DNA of 64,000 nt from Hyphomicrobiaceae bacterium. Lineage in GTDB: Bacteria > Pseudomonadota > Alphaproteobacteria > Rhizobiales > Hyphomicrobiaceae. Shown here one piece after another: positions 56,697 through 64,000 of this stretch (the first letter of the stretch is position 1; every line of letters begins with the position of its first letter). The stretch is from positions 36,065 through 100,064 of the forward strand of contig JANLPY010000421.1 of the NCBI GenBank assembly GCA_031367505.1, in the 5' to 3' direction. The notes under the pieces are model-generated. The model was not told the origin of the DNA and searched no databases. It saw nothing but the letters and a program-made list of their open reading frames with translations. A program made the translations under genes and the position numbers.

Positions 56697-57520
56697 GCCA
56701 GCACGGAGTCCATGATGTTTTCATCGAGCCACTCCCGGAAGCCGGTAGCGGTTTGTGCGGCGCGGGCATAACGCGCGATCGCGTCCGCATCGGCTGGATA
56801 GGCACCGGCCAGGCCAATCGGATCGGCGCCGCGCGGCGCATGGGCAATGCCGCTAATGTACATCGCCGGGATCGTGCCGGCGGCCTTGGCATCGTCGACG
56901 AGAAAATCGCCATCGACGAACTCCTCCACGGTGACGAACGTTTCGCGCGACGCATGCGCCATCAACATCAGTTCGCGCCTAACGCCGATCCACACGTTGC
57001 CTTGCCGGTCGGCGTAGCGGGCGTGGAACAGCGCCACATCGGGACGGATCGCGGGCACAATGACGATGCGGTCGCCGGGGGGCGCTAGCGGATTGTCGAT
57101 GACTTTCCAATCGGGCCGGAGCTTAAGCAAATCCGAGCCAAGAATGCCGCGCAACGGCATGAACGGAATGCCCTTCTCTGACGCCTGCAATCCGGCGTGA
57201 ATAACCGGGCACGTCGCATCGCGCATCTGGATTTCGCCGGCCTTCATCGCGGCGACGAAACGCGGCGGCGTGCCATGCTCGCCGAGTGTCAACGCGGCCG
57301 CCTCCATGATCGACACGCAGCCCGCGCCGATCAGCCAGTCGGCTTGCACACCACCGGCCGGCACGCCGATCAAATGCAGATTGCGCGCGCGCCGCCGGAT
57401 CAGGGCGGCGACAGCTGTCATCGCACAGCCCGAGTAGTCTGGCGGAATCGCAATCGACGCGCCATCGGGGATGCGGGCCGCAAGCTGTTTGACGCTAATA
57501 GGCGCGGTGTTGGGCATCAT
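56693..57520 (-). CDS. CoA-transferase subunit A
   Basis: Family I CoA-transferase alpha-like sequence. I prefer ATG 57520 (GAGGA upstream) to the 57676 ORF-track start. Confidence 0.75.
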   Translation of the reverse strand: MMPNTAPISVKQLAARIPDGASIAIPPDYSGCAMTAVAALIRRRARNLHLIGVPAGGVQADWLIGAGCVSIMEAAALTLGEHGTPPRFVAAMKAGEIQMRDATCPVIHAGLQASEKGIPFMPLRGILGSDLLKLRPDWKVIDNPLAPPGDRIVIVPAIRPDVALFHARYADRQGNVWIGVRRELMLMAHASRETFVTVEEFVDGDFLVDDAKAAGTIPAMYISGIAHAPRGADPIGLAGAYPADADAIARYARAAQTATGFREWLDENIMDSVLA

Positions 57521-57692
57521 GGGCGGTGTGTCCTCGATAAAGTACCACCCATTACAGACCTGTTTGTCGGCCGTGTGAAGGGGGGGGGCTCGGGCATGCG
57601 TGATCGGCGCGGATGGGCCATCGCAGGGGCCAATGATAGCGGTTCGGCGTAATCTCGCGAGAGTACACCGAACCATCTAGCAGGCCGCCGGA

Positions 57693-59078
57693 TCAGTTCG
57701 ATTTTGCGAGAAGCGTCAGAGCTGCCATCACGTTGACCTTGGCACCAGTGGGGATGGCGGCTAGATCGACGAAGAAGTTGTTGTTGTGGTTGGAATAGGG
57801 AAACGGTTTGCCGGCCTTTTGCGCAGCTTGAAATAATTCGACAGGCGCCACGCCGATGAGCAAAAAGACATACGGTGCCTTCACAGCATCCATCGCATCC
57901 TGGAAATCCTCAGATCCCATGACGGTTGGAAAGTTGTTGACGACCCGGCCAATACCCAGCAGCGCCGACAAACTGGGGTTCACAAGTTCGACAAGCTTCG
58001 CATCATTGATCAGCGGACCGGAGCCACCCTTCATCTTGCGGACCGGGAAGCGCCCCGTGTACTCTGCCGTCGCCGTCCGTGTCGGCATCTTGTCTGGTTC
58101 AACGCCCGCACCGATTGCGATCCCATTGTTGATCTCGTCGATCCGCTTCAGCATCGTCTCGCGAACTTCGGGTTGAAGCCAGCGCAGGTTGAGCTTCAAA
58201 GTCGCTGTTTGCGGGATCACGTTGTTATCGCGACCCGCTTGGATCGAACCTACCGTCAGCACTGCGGCTGATTGCGGGTTGACCGTGCGACTGATGATCG
58301 TCTGATAGGCGAGGACTGCTTGCGCGGCCATTACCACCGGGTCGATGGTCATCTCTGGCGTCGAGCCATGACCGCCGACACCGGTGAATGTTATGTCAAG
58401 CTGATCGACACCGGCCATACGCACGCCAGCGGTATTCGAAACGTAACCAACCGGCCCGGGGGCGGTATGACTTGCAAGAGCGAAATCGGGTTTCGGGAAA
58501 CCACGCTCCCAAAGACCGTCCTTGACCATCGCCTGCGCACCCAGTCCGATCTCCTCCGCAGGCTGGGCATAGACGACAAGTGTGCCGGACCATTCAGCTT
58601 GTAGGGTTACCATGGCCTTTGCTAGGCCCAGCAGCCAGGTCACGTGGGCGTCATGTCCACACGCATGCATGACACTGACTTCGCTGCCGTCGGCCTGCTT
58701 TTGCGGCTTGGTCGCAGCATAGGGCAGGCCTGTATCCTCAAGCACGGCATTCGCATCCATGTCCGCGCGAAACCACAGCGTACGGCCAGGCCCGTTTTTT
58801 AGGATGCCGACGACGCCGGTTTTTCCGATGCCGGTCGTCACTGCAAAACCGAGACTGGTGAGTTCCTTGGCAACAATGCCCGCGGTACGCGTTTCAGTAA
58901 ACGCAAGCTCTGGGTTCTGATGTAGATCCTTGAAGATCGCGGTCAGCCGAGTCGAATCTGCGTCAATGGCTGCGTTGACCTTGGCAATGAGAGCCGGCTT
59001 TGGAGCTTGGGCGCTGGCATAGCCGGAAAGATTGACGACCGCGATGGCGAGTGTCACGCACCGTATAAAATTACCCAT
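57693..59078 (-). CDS. M20-family amidohydrolase (aminoacylase/hippurate hydrolase-like), secreted
   Basis: MHACGHDAH metal motif and a signal peptide after ATG 59078. Confidence 0.85.
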   Translation of the reverse strand: MGNFIRCVTLAIAVVNLSGYASAQAPKPALIAKVNAAIDADSTRLTAIFKDLHQNPELAFTETRTAGIVAKELTSLGFAVTTGIGKTGVVGILKNGPGRTLWFRADMDANAVLEDTGLPYAATKPQKQADGSEVSVMHACGHDAHVTWLLGLAKAMVTLQAEWSGTLVVYAQPAEEIGLGAQAMVKDGLWERGFPKPDFALASHTAPGPVGYVSNTAGVRMAGVDQLDITFTGVGGHGSTPEMTIDPVVMAAQAVLAYQTIISRTVNPQSAAVLTVGSIQAGRDNNVIPQTATLKLNLRWLQPEVRETMLKRIDEINNGIAIGAGVEPDKMPTRTATAEYTGRFPVRKMKGGSGPLINDAKLVELVNPSLSALLGIGRVVNNFPTVMGSEDFQDAMDAVKAPYVFLLIGVAPVELFQAAQKAGKPFPYSNHNNNFFVDLAAIPTGAKVNVMAALTLLAKSN

Positions 59079-59256
59079 TGTCCGTTGAACTCCGCAGGTC
59101 GCCACGCCCAACCGCGATCGGGGCAGCAAGTTGATCGGTTGCAAAACTGCAATATCAGTGTTCGCCCCATGCTGAAAGATGCAGCAAGTGCTAAGTTGAT
59201 TTCACTTCAGTAAATGGCGGGGTAGCGTTGCTGTGCCCAGCAAACGAAAGCGCTAC

Positions 59257-60117
59257 ATGAAGAGTACGACAAGCGGATTGATCAACGGCTTGCTCGGCGT
59301 ACTGATCTTTAGCGCCTCATTGCCGGCGACACGCGTGGCGGTGCTGGAATTCGATCCCCTGTTTGTGACCGCAGCGCGAGCGGCGATCGCCGGCATACTA
59401 GGATTATGCCTGCTGCTCGTGTTCAAAGAAAAGCGCCCGGCGCGCGCAGATTTCATTCCGTTGGCGATTGTCGCGTTGGGCGTGGTCGTTGGATTTCCGT
59501 TACTGACGGCCCTGGCGCTTCAGCACATCACTTCGGCGCACTCCATCGTCTTCATCGGACTACTACCGCTCGCGACAGCGATCTTCGGCGTGCTGCGCGG
59601 CGGCGAACGGCCCGGCCCGGCTTTCTGGTTGTTTTCTGGACTTGGCAGTGCCCTCGTTGCGGGTTTCGCGCTAACTCAGAGCATGTCTGTATCGCCCATC
59701 GGTGACGCACTGATGCTCGCAGCTATCATCGTTTGCGGACTTGGTTATGCGGAAGGCGCAACGCTGTCGCGGACGCTCGGTGGTTGGCAAGTTATCTCGT
59801 GGGCACTCGTGATCGCACTTCCGGTCATGTCGCCGCTGGCTCTTATGCTAATGCCGTCGTCGTTTACCGGCATTAGCAATGCGGCGTGGTTTAGCCTCGC
59901 CTACGTGTCGCTGTTCAGCATGTTGATCGGGTTCGTGTTTTGGTATCGCGGCTTAGCGCAAGGCGGCATCGCGTCGGTCGGCCAATTGCAATTGCTACAG
60001 CCATTCTTCGGCCTGGCTTTAGCGGCGGTTCTGCTCCATGAACCGGTGAGCGGGTTCATGCTCGCGGTCACGGTCGGTGTTATCTTTTGCGTGTTCGGTG
60101 CACGGCGCTTCGCTTGA
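59257..60117 (+). CDS. DMT-superfamily (EamA) transporter
   Basis: Ten hydrophobic segments and EamA repeats. The start is ATG 59257 or GTG 59233. Confidence 0.8.
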   Translation: MKSTTSGLINGLLGVLIFSASLPATRVAVLEFDPLFVTAARAAIAGILGLCLLLVFKEKRPARADFIPLAIVALGVVVGFPLLTALALQHITSAHSIVFIGLLPLATAIFGVLRGGERPGPAFWLFSGLGSALVAGFALTQSMSVSPIGDALMLAAIIVCGLGYAEGATLSRTLGGWQVISWALVIALPVMSPLALMLMPSSFTGISNAAWFSLAYVSLFSMLIGFVFWYRGLAQGGIASVGQLQLLQPFFGLALAAVLLHEPVSGFMLAVTVGVIFCVFGARRFA

Positions 60118-60146
60118 GGGGATGCGAGCCGCCTTATCATCACCAC

Positions 60147-60356
60147 TTATCCCACCAGCTTTAACCCGACGATCGAGGCGATGAGGGTGGAGAGGAAAAG
60201 CAATCGCAATGTGGTGGCAGGCTCGCCGAAATAGACGAGCCCGATCAACACGGTGCCGGCCGCGCCGATGCCGGTCCACACCGCGTACGACGTGCCGAGC
60301 GGGATCGTCTCGGACGCCTTCATCAGCAGGTAGAGACTGAGCGTCGCGAACACCAC
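60147..60356 (-). pseudogene. sugE: 5'-truncated SMR-family efflux gene (SugE/Gdx-like), C-terminal ~70 codons only
   Basis: IPLGTSYAVWTGIGAAGTVLIGLVYFGEP...VGLKL matches TM2-TM4 of SugE. No frame upstream encodes the TM1 helix with the essential Glu. Confidence 0.55.
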
Positions 60357-60514
60357 AAAGGCCAGCAGCGGCAGCGGGTGTCAACGCCGACTGACGTTGC
60401 CCCCAGATGGCACGAAAACCAGGGGCGATGCAGCGCTGTTCGATACTGTTGATCGCCAAACTGGCATCGGCGCCGATCTGGTCAGCAGCGCTCTCTGATA
60501 CCTCATCCCATCAG

Positions 60515-61855
60515 TCAAGCTTTCAAAATGTTTTGTCCTGCAATGCCTTTGCGCGCAAACACATTTCGAGTGTCGATCACCAGCCGGGCCTCACGTTGTA
60601 TCAATGCATAGTCGATCTTGTCGTGATCAGTCGAAATGACGACTGCGTTATAGGTTCCCAGCGTGCCTGCTTCGAGGGGGACTGCATATCGTCCAGCGAA
60701 GCCGGCATGCTCTCGCATCCGCGGAATTTGCGTCACGTGGGGATCATGGTAGTCGCAAATAGCGCCGCCACGCTCGATCAAGTCCATCAGTTTAAACGAC
60801 GGGCTTTCACGCACGTCAGAAACATTTCGTTTGTAGGCAAGGCCGATGATTAAGATACGCGCTGAGTTTAAGCCCTGGCTAAACCGCTTATTGAGCGCAT
60901 CGATCAGCCGATCGATCACATACCGTGGCATCGCCGTATTGATCTCACCCGCAAGTTCAACGAATCGCGTGCTGATCTCAAACTCGCGCGCCTTCCATGT
61001 TAGGTAGAAAGGATCGATCGGGATGCAGTGACCGCCGAGGCCCGGTCCCGGATAGAATGGCATGTAGCCAAATGGCTTGGTTTTAGCTGCGTCGATCACC
61101 TCCCAAACGTCAATCCCCATGGCCTCATAAACAACCTTGAGTTCGTTGACCAAGGCAATATTGACCGCTCTGAAGATGTTTTCAGTAATCTTGACGGCTT
61201 CCGCGACTGCACAGGAGGATACTGGCACTACTCGTTCAACGACGGCACCGTAGAAGGCCTGCATCAACCGCGACGCGTCTGGCCCGTCGCCTGCAACAAC
61301 CTTGGGGATCGTCGCAGTCGCGTAGTTCGCGTTACCTGGATCCTCGCGCTCCGGCGAGAACCCAACAAACAGATCGATGCCAGAGCGCAACCCGTTGGCT
61401 TCGAGGATCGGCTGTAGGATCTCGGATGTCGTGCCCGGATAGGTGGTTGATTCGAGGACAACGAGCTTACCCGGCGCAAGATGGGTCGCGATGGCGCGTG
61501 CCGTCGCTTCAACGTATGTCAAATCCGGCTCACGATGCCTCGTAAGTGGGGTCGGCACACAGATGATAATAACGTCACAGGCGCCGAGTTCGGTCATATC
61601 CACCGTGGCGCGAAAGCGACCAGTCGCTCGTGCAGCAGTCAAGTCTGCCTGACTCACGGCGTCTATGTACGACTTACCGGCGTTGAGGCGTGCCGGTTTT
61701 ATGGGGTCGATATCGAAACCGACCGCGTGGAAGCCAGCCCGAACAACGGCGATGGCTAAAGGCAATCCGACGTAACCCAGCCCAATTACGCCGATCAGCG
61801 CGCTGCGCGTATCAATACGGTGCAATAGTTCGGCAGCAAACCTCTCCGTGTGCAT
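60515..61855 (-). CDS. nucleotide-sugar dehydrogenase (WbpA/TviB-like UDP-sugar 6-dehydrogenase family)
   Basis: Rossmann IGLGYVGLP, FSPEREDPGN, catalytic GLGGHCIPID. Confidence 0.9.
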   Translation of the reverse strand: MHTERFAAELLHRIDTRSALIGVIGLGYVGLPLAIAVVRAGFHAVGFDIDPIKPARLNAGKSYIDAVSQADLTAARATGRFRATVDMTELGACDVIIICVPTPLTRHREPDLTYVEATARAIATHLAPGKLVVLESTTYPGTTSEILQPILEANGLRSGIDLFVGFSPEREDPGNANYATATIPKVVAGDGPDASRLMQAFYGAVVERVVPVSSCAVAEAVKITENIFRAVNIALVNELKVVYEAMGIDVWEVIDAAKTKPFGYMPFYPGPGLGGHCIPIDPFYLTWKAREFEISTRFVELAGEINTAMPRYVIDRLIDALNKRFSQGLNSARILIIGLAYKRNVSDVRESPSFKLMDLIERGGAICDYHDPHVTQIPRMREHAGFAGRYAVPLEAGTLGTYNAVVISTDHDKIDYALIQREARLVIDTRNVFARKGIAGQNILKA

Positions 61856-62337
61856 GCCTCTAGCCTCCGTTCGATGTGAGTTGCGACGACAAATTTGAAG
61901 GCAAGGCTCGCACGCGCAAACGATAACTGAAATCCACTGGTGGCTTGATCGAGGACGTTGCTATTGTATGAGAAAGCGTATTCCGTCAGAAACCACATGC
62001 TGCGATCGTCGTCAAAATAATCGCTTATCTTCGCCGGCTCTCTGGGGCAACCAGTTGACGGCGTCCCTCGAGTTACCAATCTTGTGGAATCCGCCCGACG
62101 CACCCTACCGATCAGTAATCGATTGTCCAGCCAACGCATGGTGCGCGTCGTGCCACATCATTCCCTGTGGATGAGAAGATGTCTAACGTGCGTGCCAGAA
62201 GCATAAACCGTTTGCGATGGTCGGCAGTTTGATGTGTGGGTATTGTGCGAAGCGCATATCGCTTGAACTGCACGTCTTGCCGATGATTTATGAAGGCTGG
62301 ATGCTTATCGCAATTCTGGGTAAGGAGCACGTTGGTA

Positions 62338-62784
62338 ATGGCCAAGAAGCAGAAGTCGCGAAAGCGAACGCCAGACGCGCAATTGATCGTTGACGCCGAC
62401 AAAATTGAAACACCGGCAGCCGCAATTGCTAGCTGCGATGAGAAATTCAAGATTCGATTGCCGACCAGTCCAAGCCTCACGTTCAATTTTACGATTGTCG
62501 AATTGGACAGGACGATCCGGCTTCTGCTCAAGCACCGCGCCGGCTTCGCCAAAGGAAAGTCACAGCCAGCGCCGATCGGAGTTCGGGTCGAGGGGCTGCG
62601 CAGACCGACAATAGTTGTCAACCGAGATGGAATGTTGGACGAGACCATATTTCACGTCCAGCATCCGGGCTTAGGATGGTTCTCCTTCACCCTAAGCGAA
62701 GAGCAAGTGACCGGGGTGCTGCGGGTGTTGGCGGATCATCAATCGCAGCGAAAAGCGGCGAAACCCAAGCCAGTCAGCAATTGA
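62338..62784 (+). CDS. hypothetical protein (148 aa), basic N-terminus
   Basis: AAGGAG lies upstream of ATG 62338. I recognise no family. The antisense ORF 62112-62648 looks like a shadow. Confidence 0.4.
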   Translation: MAKKQKSRKRTPDAQLIVDADKIETPAAAIASCDEKFKIRLPTSPSLTFNFTIVELDRTIRLLLKHRAGFAKGKSQPAPIGVRVEGLRRPTIVVNRDGMLDETIFHVQHPGLGWFSFTLSEEQVTGVLRVLADHQSQRKAAKPKPVSN

Positions 62785-62956
62785 CTGCTGGCGCTGCGAT
62801 GATTGCAGCCATGATAAAGCGCGCCGATAGGACGCTAGTCAAAAAGCAGAGTGAAGAAACAAACACGCGTTCAGTAGCGCTTAACGACAAAGTCTAGCAC
62901 AAGCAGGGCTGAACAACGGCCAACTGCTGCGTCGATGGCCATTAGCGACGGTTACG

Positions 62957-63187
62957 TTAAGTCTCATCATCCATTCCAGCGTTCGAAAGTGCGCAATCAA
63001 TTCGCTCAAGCAGAGCGGATGAGGGATGTAAGTCACGCGATTTCGCCGACCCGCCCGTGGCGATATAAAGTTCCCTCACACAGAGCTTGAGAAGCGTTGC
63101 AAATAACGCATTTTGATCTTCCAAATCCTGCAGGCGAGCTTTGACCTCTGTCGACTGATCGAGCGAAACCTCTCGAATTGGCTTCAT
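62957..63187 (-). CDS. hypothetical protein (76 aa), predicted helical
   Basis: The ATG is preceded by GGGTGA. I recognise no family. Confidence 0.35.
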   Translation of the reverse strand: MKPIREVSLDQSTEVKARLQDLEDQNALFATLLKLCVRELYIATGGSAKSRDLHPSSALLERIDCALSNAGMDDET

Positions 63188-63320
63188 GGCGTCACCCTAA
63201 CTTGCTATTTGAATTTTTCATAAAGCGCTTTTTCCCGGCTGCGGCGACTACCACGTTCATTGCGGGCACGCAATCGACCGCGCCGGTCGGTAGTGTCTCA
63301 GTTTGAAAAATCAGGGTGCC

Positions 63321-63638
63321 ATGCAAAATCATGATCTGCGGCTGGTGATGATTCGATGGGTTGATAGCCGACAGCCAGTCCCAACTTGGCAATACGTCTC
63401 TGATCTTCAAGAGCGAGCGTCGCTCCAGTGCACAACGGTGGGTTGGTTGCTCCGGGGTGGCGACGACAAAGTGATTTGTCAGACCCTAGGCGATCCGGCC
63501 GATCCTGAGTGCATGCAAGCGAGCGGGGTTATGACTATTCCCGCTCGCTGCGTGGTCGAGATGATAAGTCTCAGCGAAATCACTTCTTCTTTGACTTGTC
63601 AGGACGCTGGGTCATCGCTGATGCCCCAAGCGACTTGA
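63321..63638 (+). CDS. hypothetical protein (~105 aa)
   Basis: It is divergent from the 76-aa ORF across an AT-rich 130-bp spacer. It competes with the minus-strand ORF 63192-63410. Confidence 0.35.
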   Translation: MQNHDLRLVMIRWVDSRQPVPTWQYVSDLQERASLQCTTVGWLLRGGDDKVICQTLGDPADPECMQASGVMTIPARCVVEMISLSEITSSLTCQDAGSSLMPQAT

Positions 63639-63726
63639 TCTCTTTGTTGGTCAGGCTGCTGGGCTTGGTCATCGCCTTCGATGCAATGCTGCCAACTTTG
63701 CTTCCGGTCTTTTCGTTGCTTGCCAT
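63580..63726 (-). CDS. small Ser/Lys-rich protein (48 aa)
   Basis: ATG 63726 is preceded by AAGGA 7 nt upstream. There is an internal repeat ASKAMT / ASAMTQ and a basic tail DKSKKK. Confidence 0.35.
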   Translation of the reverse strand: MASNEKTGSKVGSIASKAMTKPSSLTNKEIKSLGASAMTQRPDKSKKK

Positions 63727-63812
63727 TGTTACATCCTTTCGGTTTTGAACCGTGGCAGCATGTCGCGATTCATACCCGGATGAAACCGAGTGCAAGTAGT
63801 TGCCCACCAGAA

Positions 63813-64000
63813 TCAAACGGGAGTATCGGCGCGCTTCTTGTAGGTCTTCGACCTACCCGGTTTCGGCGCTGCTGCGTCGATCAGTGCAACCACATCTTCC
63901 ATGTTCATCAGCGTTCCGGTTAATCCCGCTGCCATTGCTGGCGTGATCTTAAGCGTCTTGTGGATGCGGCAAAAGTTGTAGAACACGAAGTAGAGAGAAA
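63813..64000 (-). mobile_element. 3' end of a DDE transposase gene (IS1/IS1595-type tail); the rest lies outside the window
   Basis: Reverse translation from the window edge gives SLYFVFYNFCRIHKTLKITPAMAAGLTGTLMNMEDVVALIDAAAPKPGRSKTYKKRADTPV*. The YNFCRIHKTL..TPAMAAG tail is typical of such transposases. This is from memory and the family assignment is uncertain. Confidence 0.55.

Noticed and set aside
60357-60467. An in-frame extension of the sugE fragment to an ATG, giving a SugE-sized 106-codon gene with one TGA. I considered stop-codon readthrough or selenocysteine recoding.
   Set aside because: The extra 37 residues are hydrophilic and lack the TM1 Glu that all SMR proteins need. I saw no SECIS-like hairpin. 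Truncation is the simpler explanation.
61795-62139. A 114-aa minus-strand ORF upstream of, and overlapping, the sugar-nucleotide dehydrogenase start.
   Set aside because: It overlaps the dehydrogenase by ~60 nt in another frame and has no convincing ribosome-binding site or motif. I cannot support it from sequence alone.

Overview
This is a 64-kb chromosomal window from a roughly 60 % GC alphaproteobacterium. Protein signatures and repeat families look Hyphomicrobiales (Bradyrhizobiaceae/Xanthobacteraceae-like). About 60 protein genes are supportable.

Most genes are core housekeeping or metabolism:
- partial FNR, an FGE-family protein, ubiH-like, tesB, glnK-amtB
- an OmpR-type response regulator and a dimethylglycine/sarcosine-dehydrogenase-like flavoenzyme
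- lolA-ftsK, an aminotransferase, mmsA, radC, trxB plus an LsrB/VtlR-like LysR regulator
- leuC, a class-V aminotransferase, sucA-sucB-lpdA, CoA-transferase subunits, an M20 amidohydrolase, DMT transporters

Three ABC importers are present:
- a CUT1-type operon interleaved with enzymes and lacking a binding protein
- a Liv-type system flanked by two acyl-CoA ligases
- an Fe3+-type system lacking an ATPase

I found no rRNA, tRNA or CRISPR array.

Accessory or unusual content:
1. A 2.2-kb insertion (Uma2 endonuclease, an orphan protein, Asp/Glu racemase) splits the Liv/CoA-ligase cluster. Part of it is bracketed by two direct copies of a 128-bp double-hairpin element.
2. An Mrr-like restriction enzyme and an orphan MNT nucleotidyltransferase lie between mmsA and radC. 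Next to them is an imperfect ~215-bp duplication of the radC promoter and 5' end that brackets a secreted-protein gene.
3. There are two sRNA candidates. One is AbcR-like, downstream of trxB and the LysR regulator. The other is a structured lolA 3' region with C-rich loops.
4. A two-gene membrane/HEAT plus pentapeptide-repeat module is wedged between sucB and lpdA.
5. From ~60.4 kb to the window end there is a lower-GC islet. It starts at a 5'-truncated sugE, contains an isolated sugar-nucleotide dehydrogenase and orphan small ORFs, and ends in a transposase fragment.

I could not demonstrate a clear-cut novel multi-gene system. The items above are the best leads, and all function calls rest on motif recognition by eye, not on searches.
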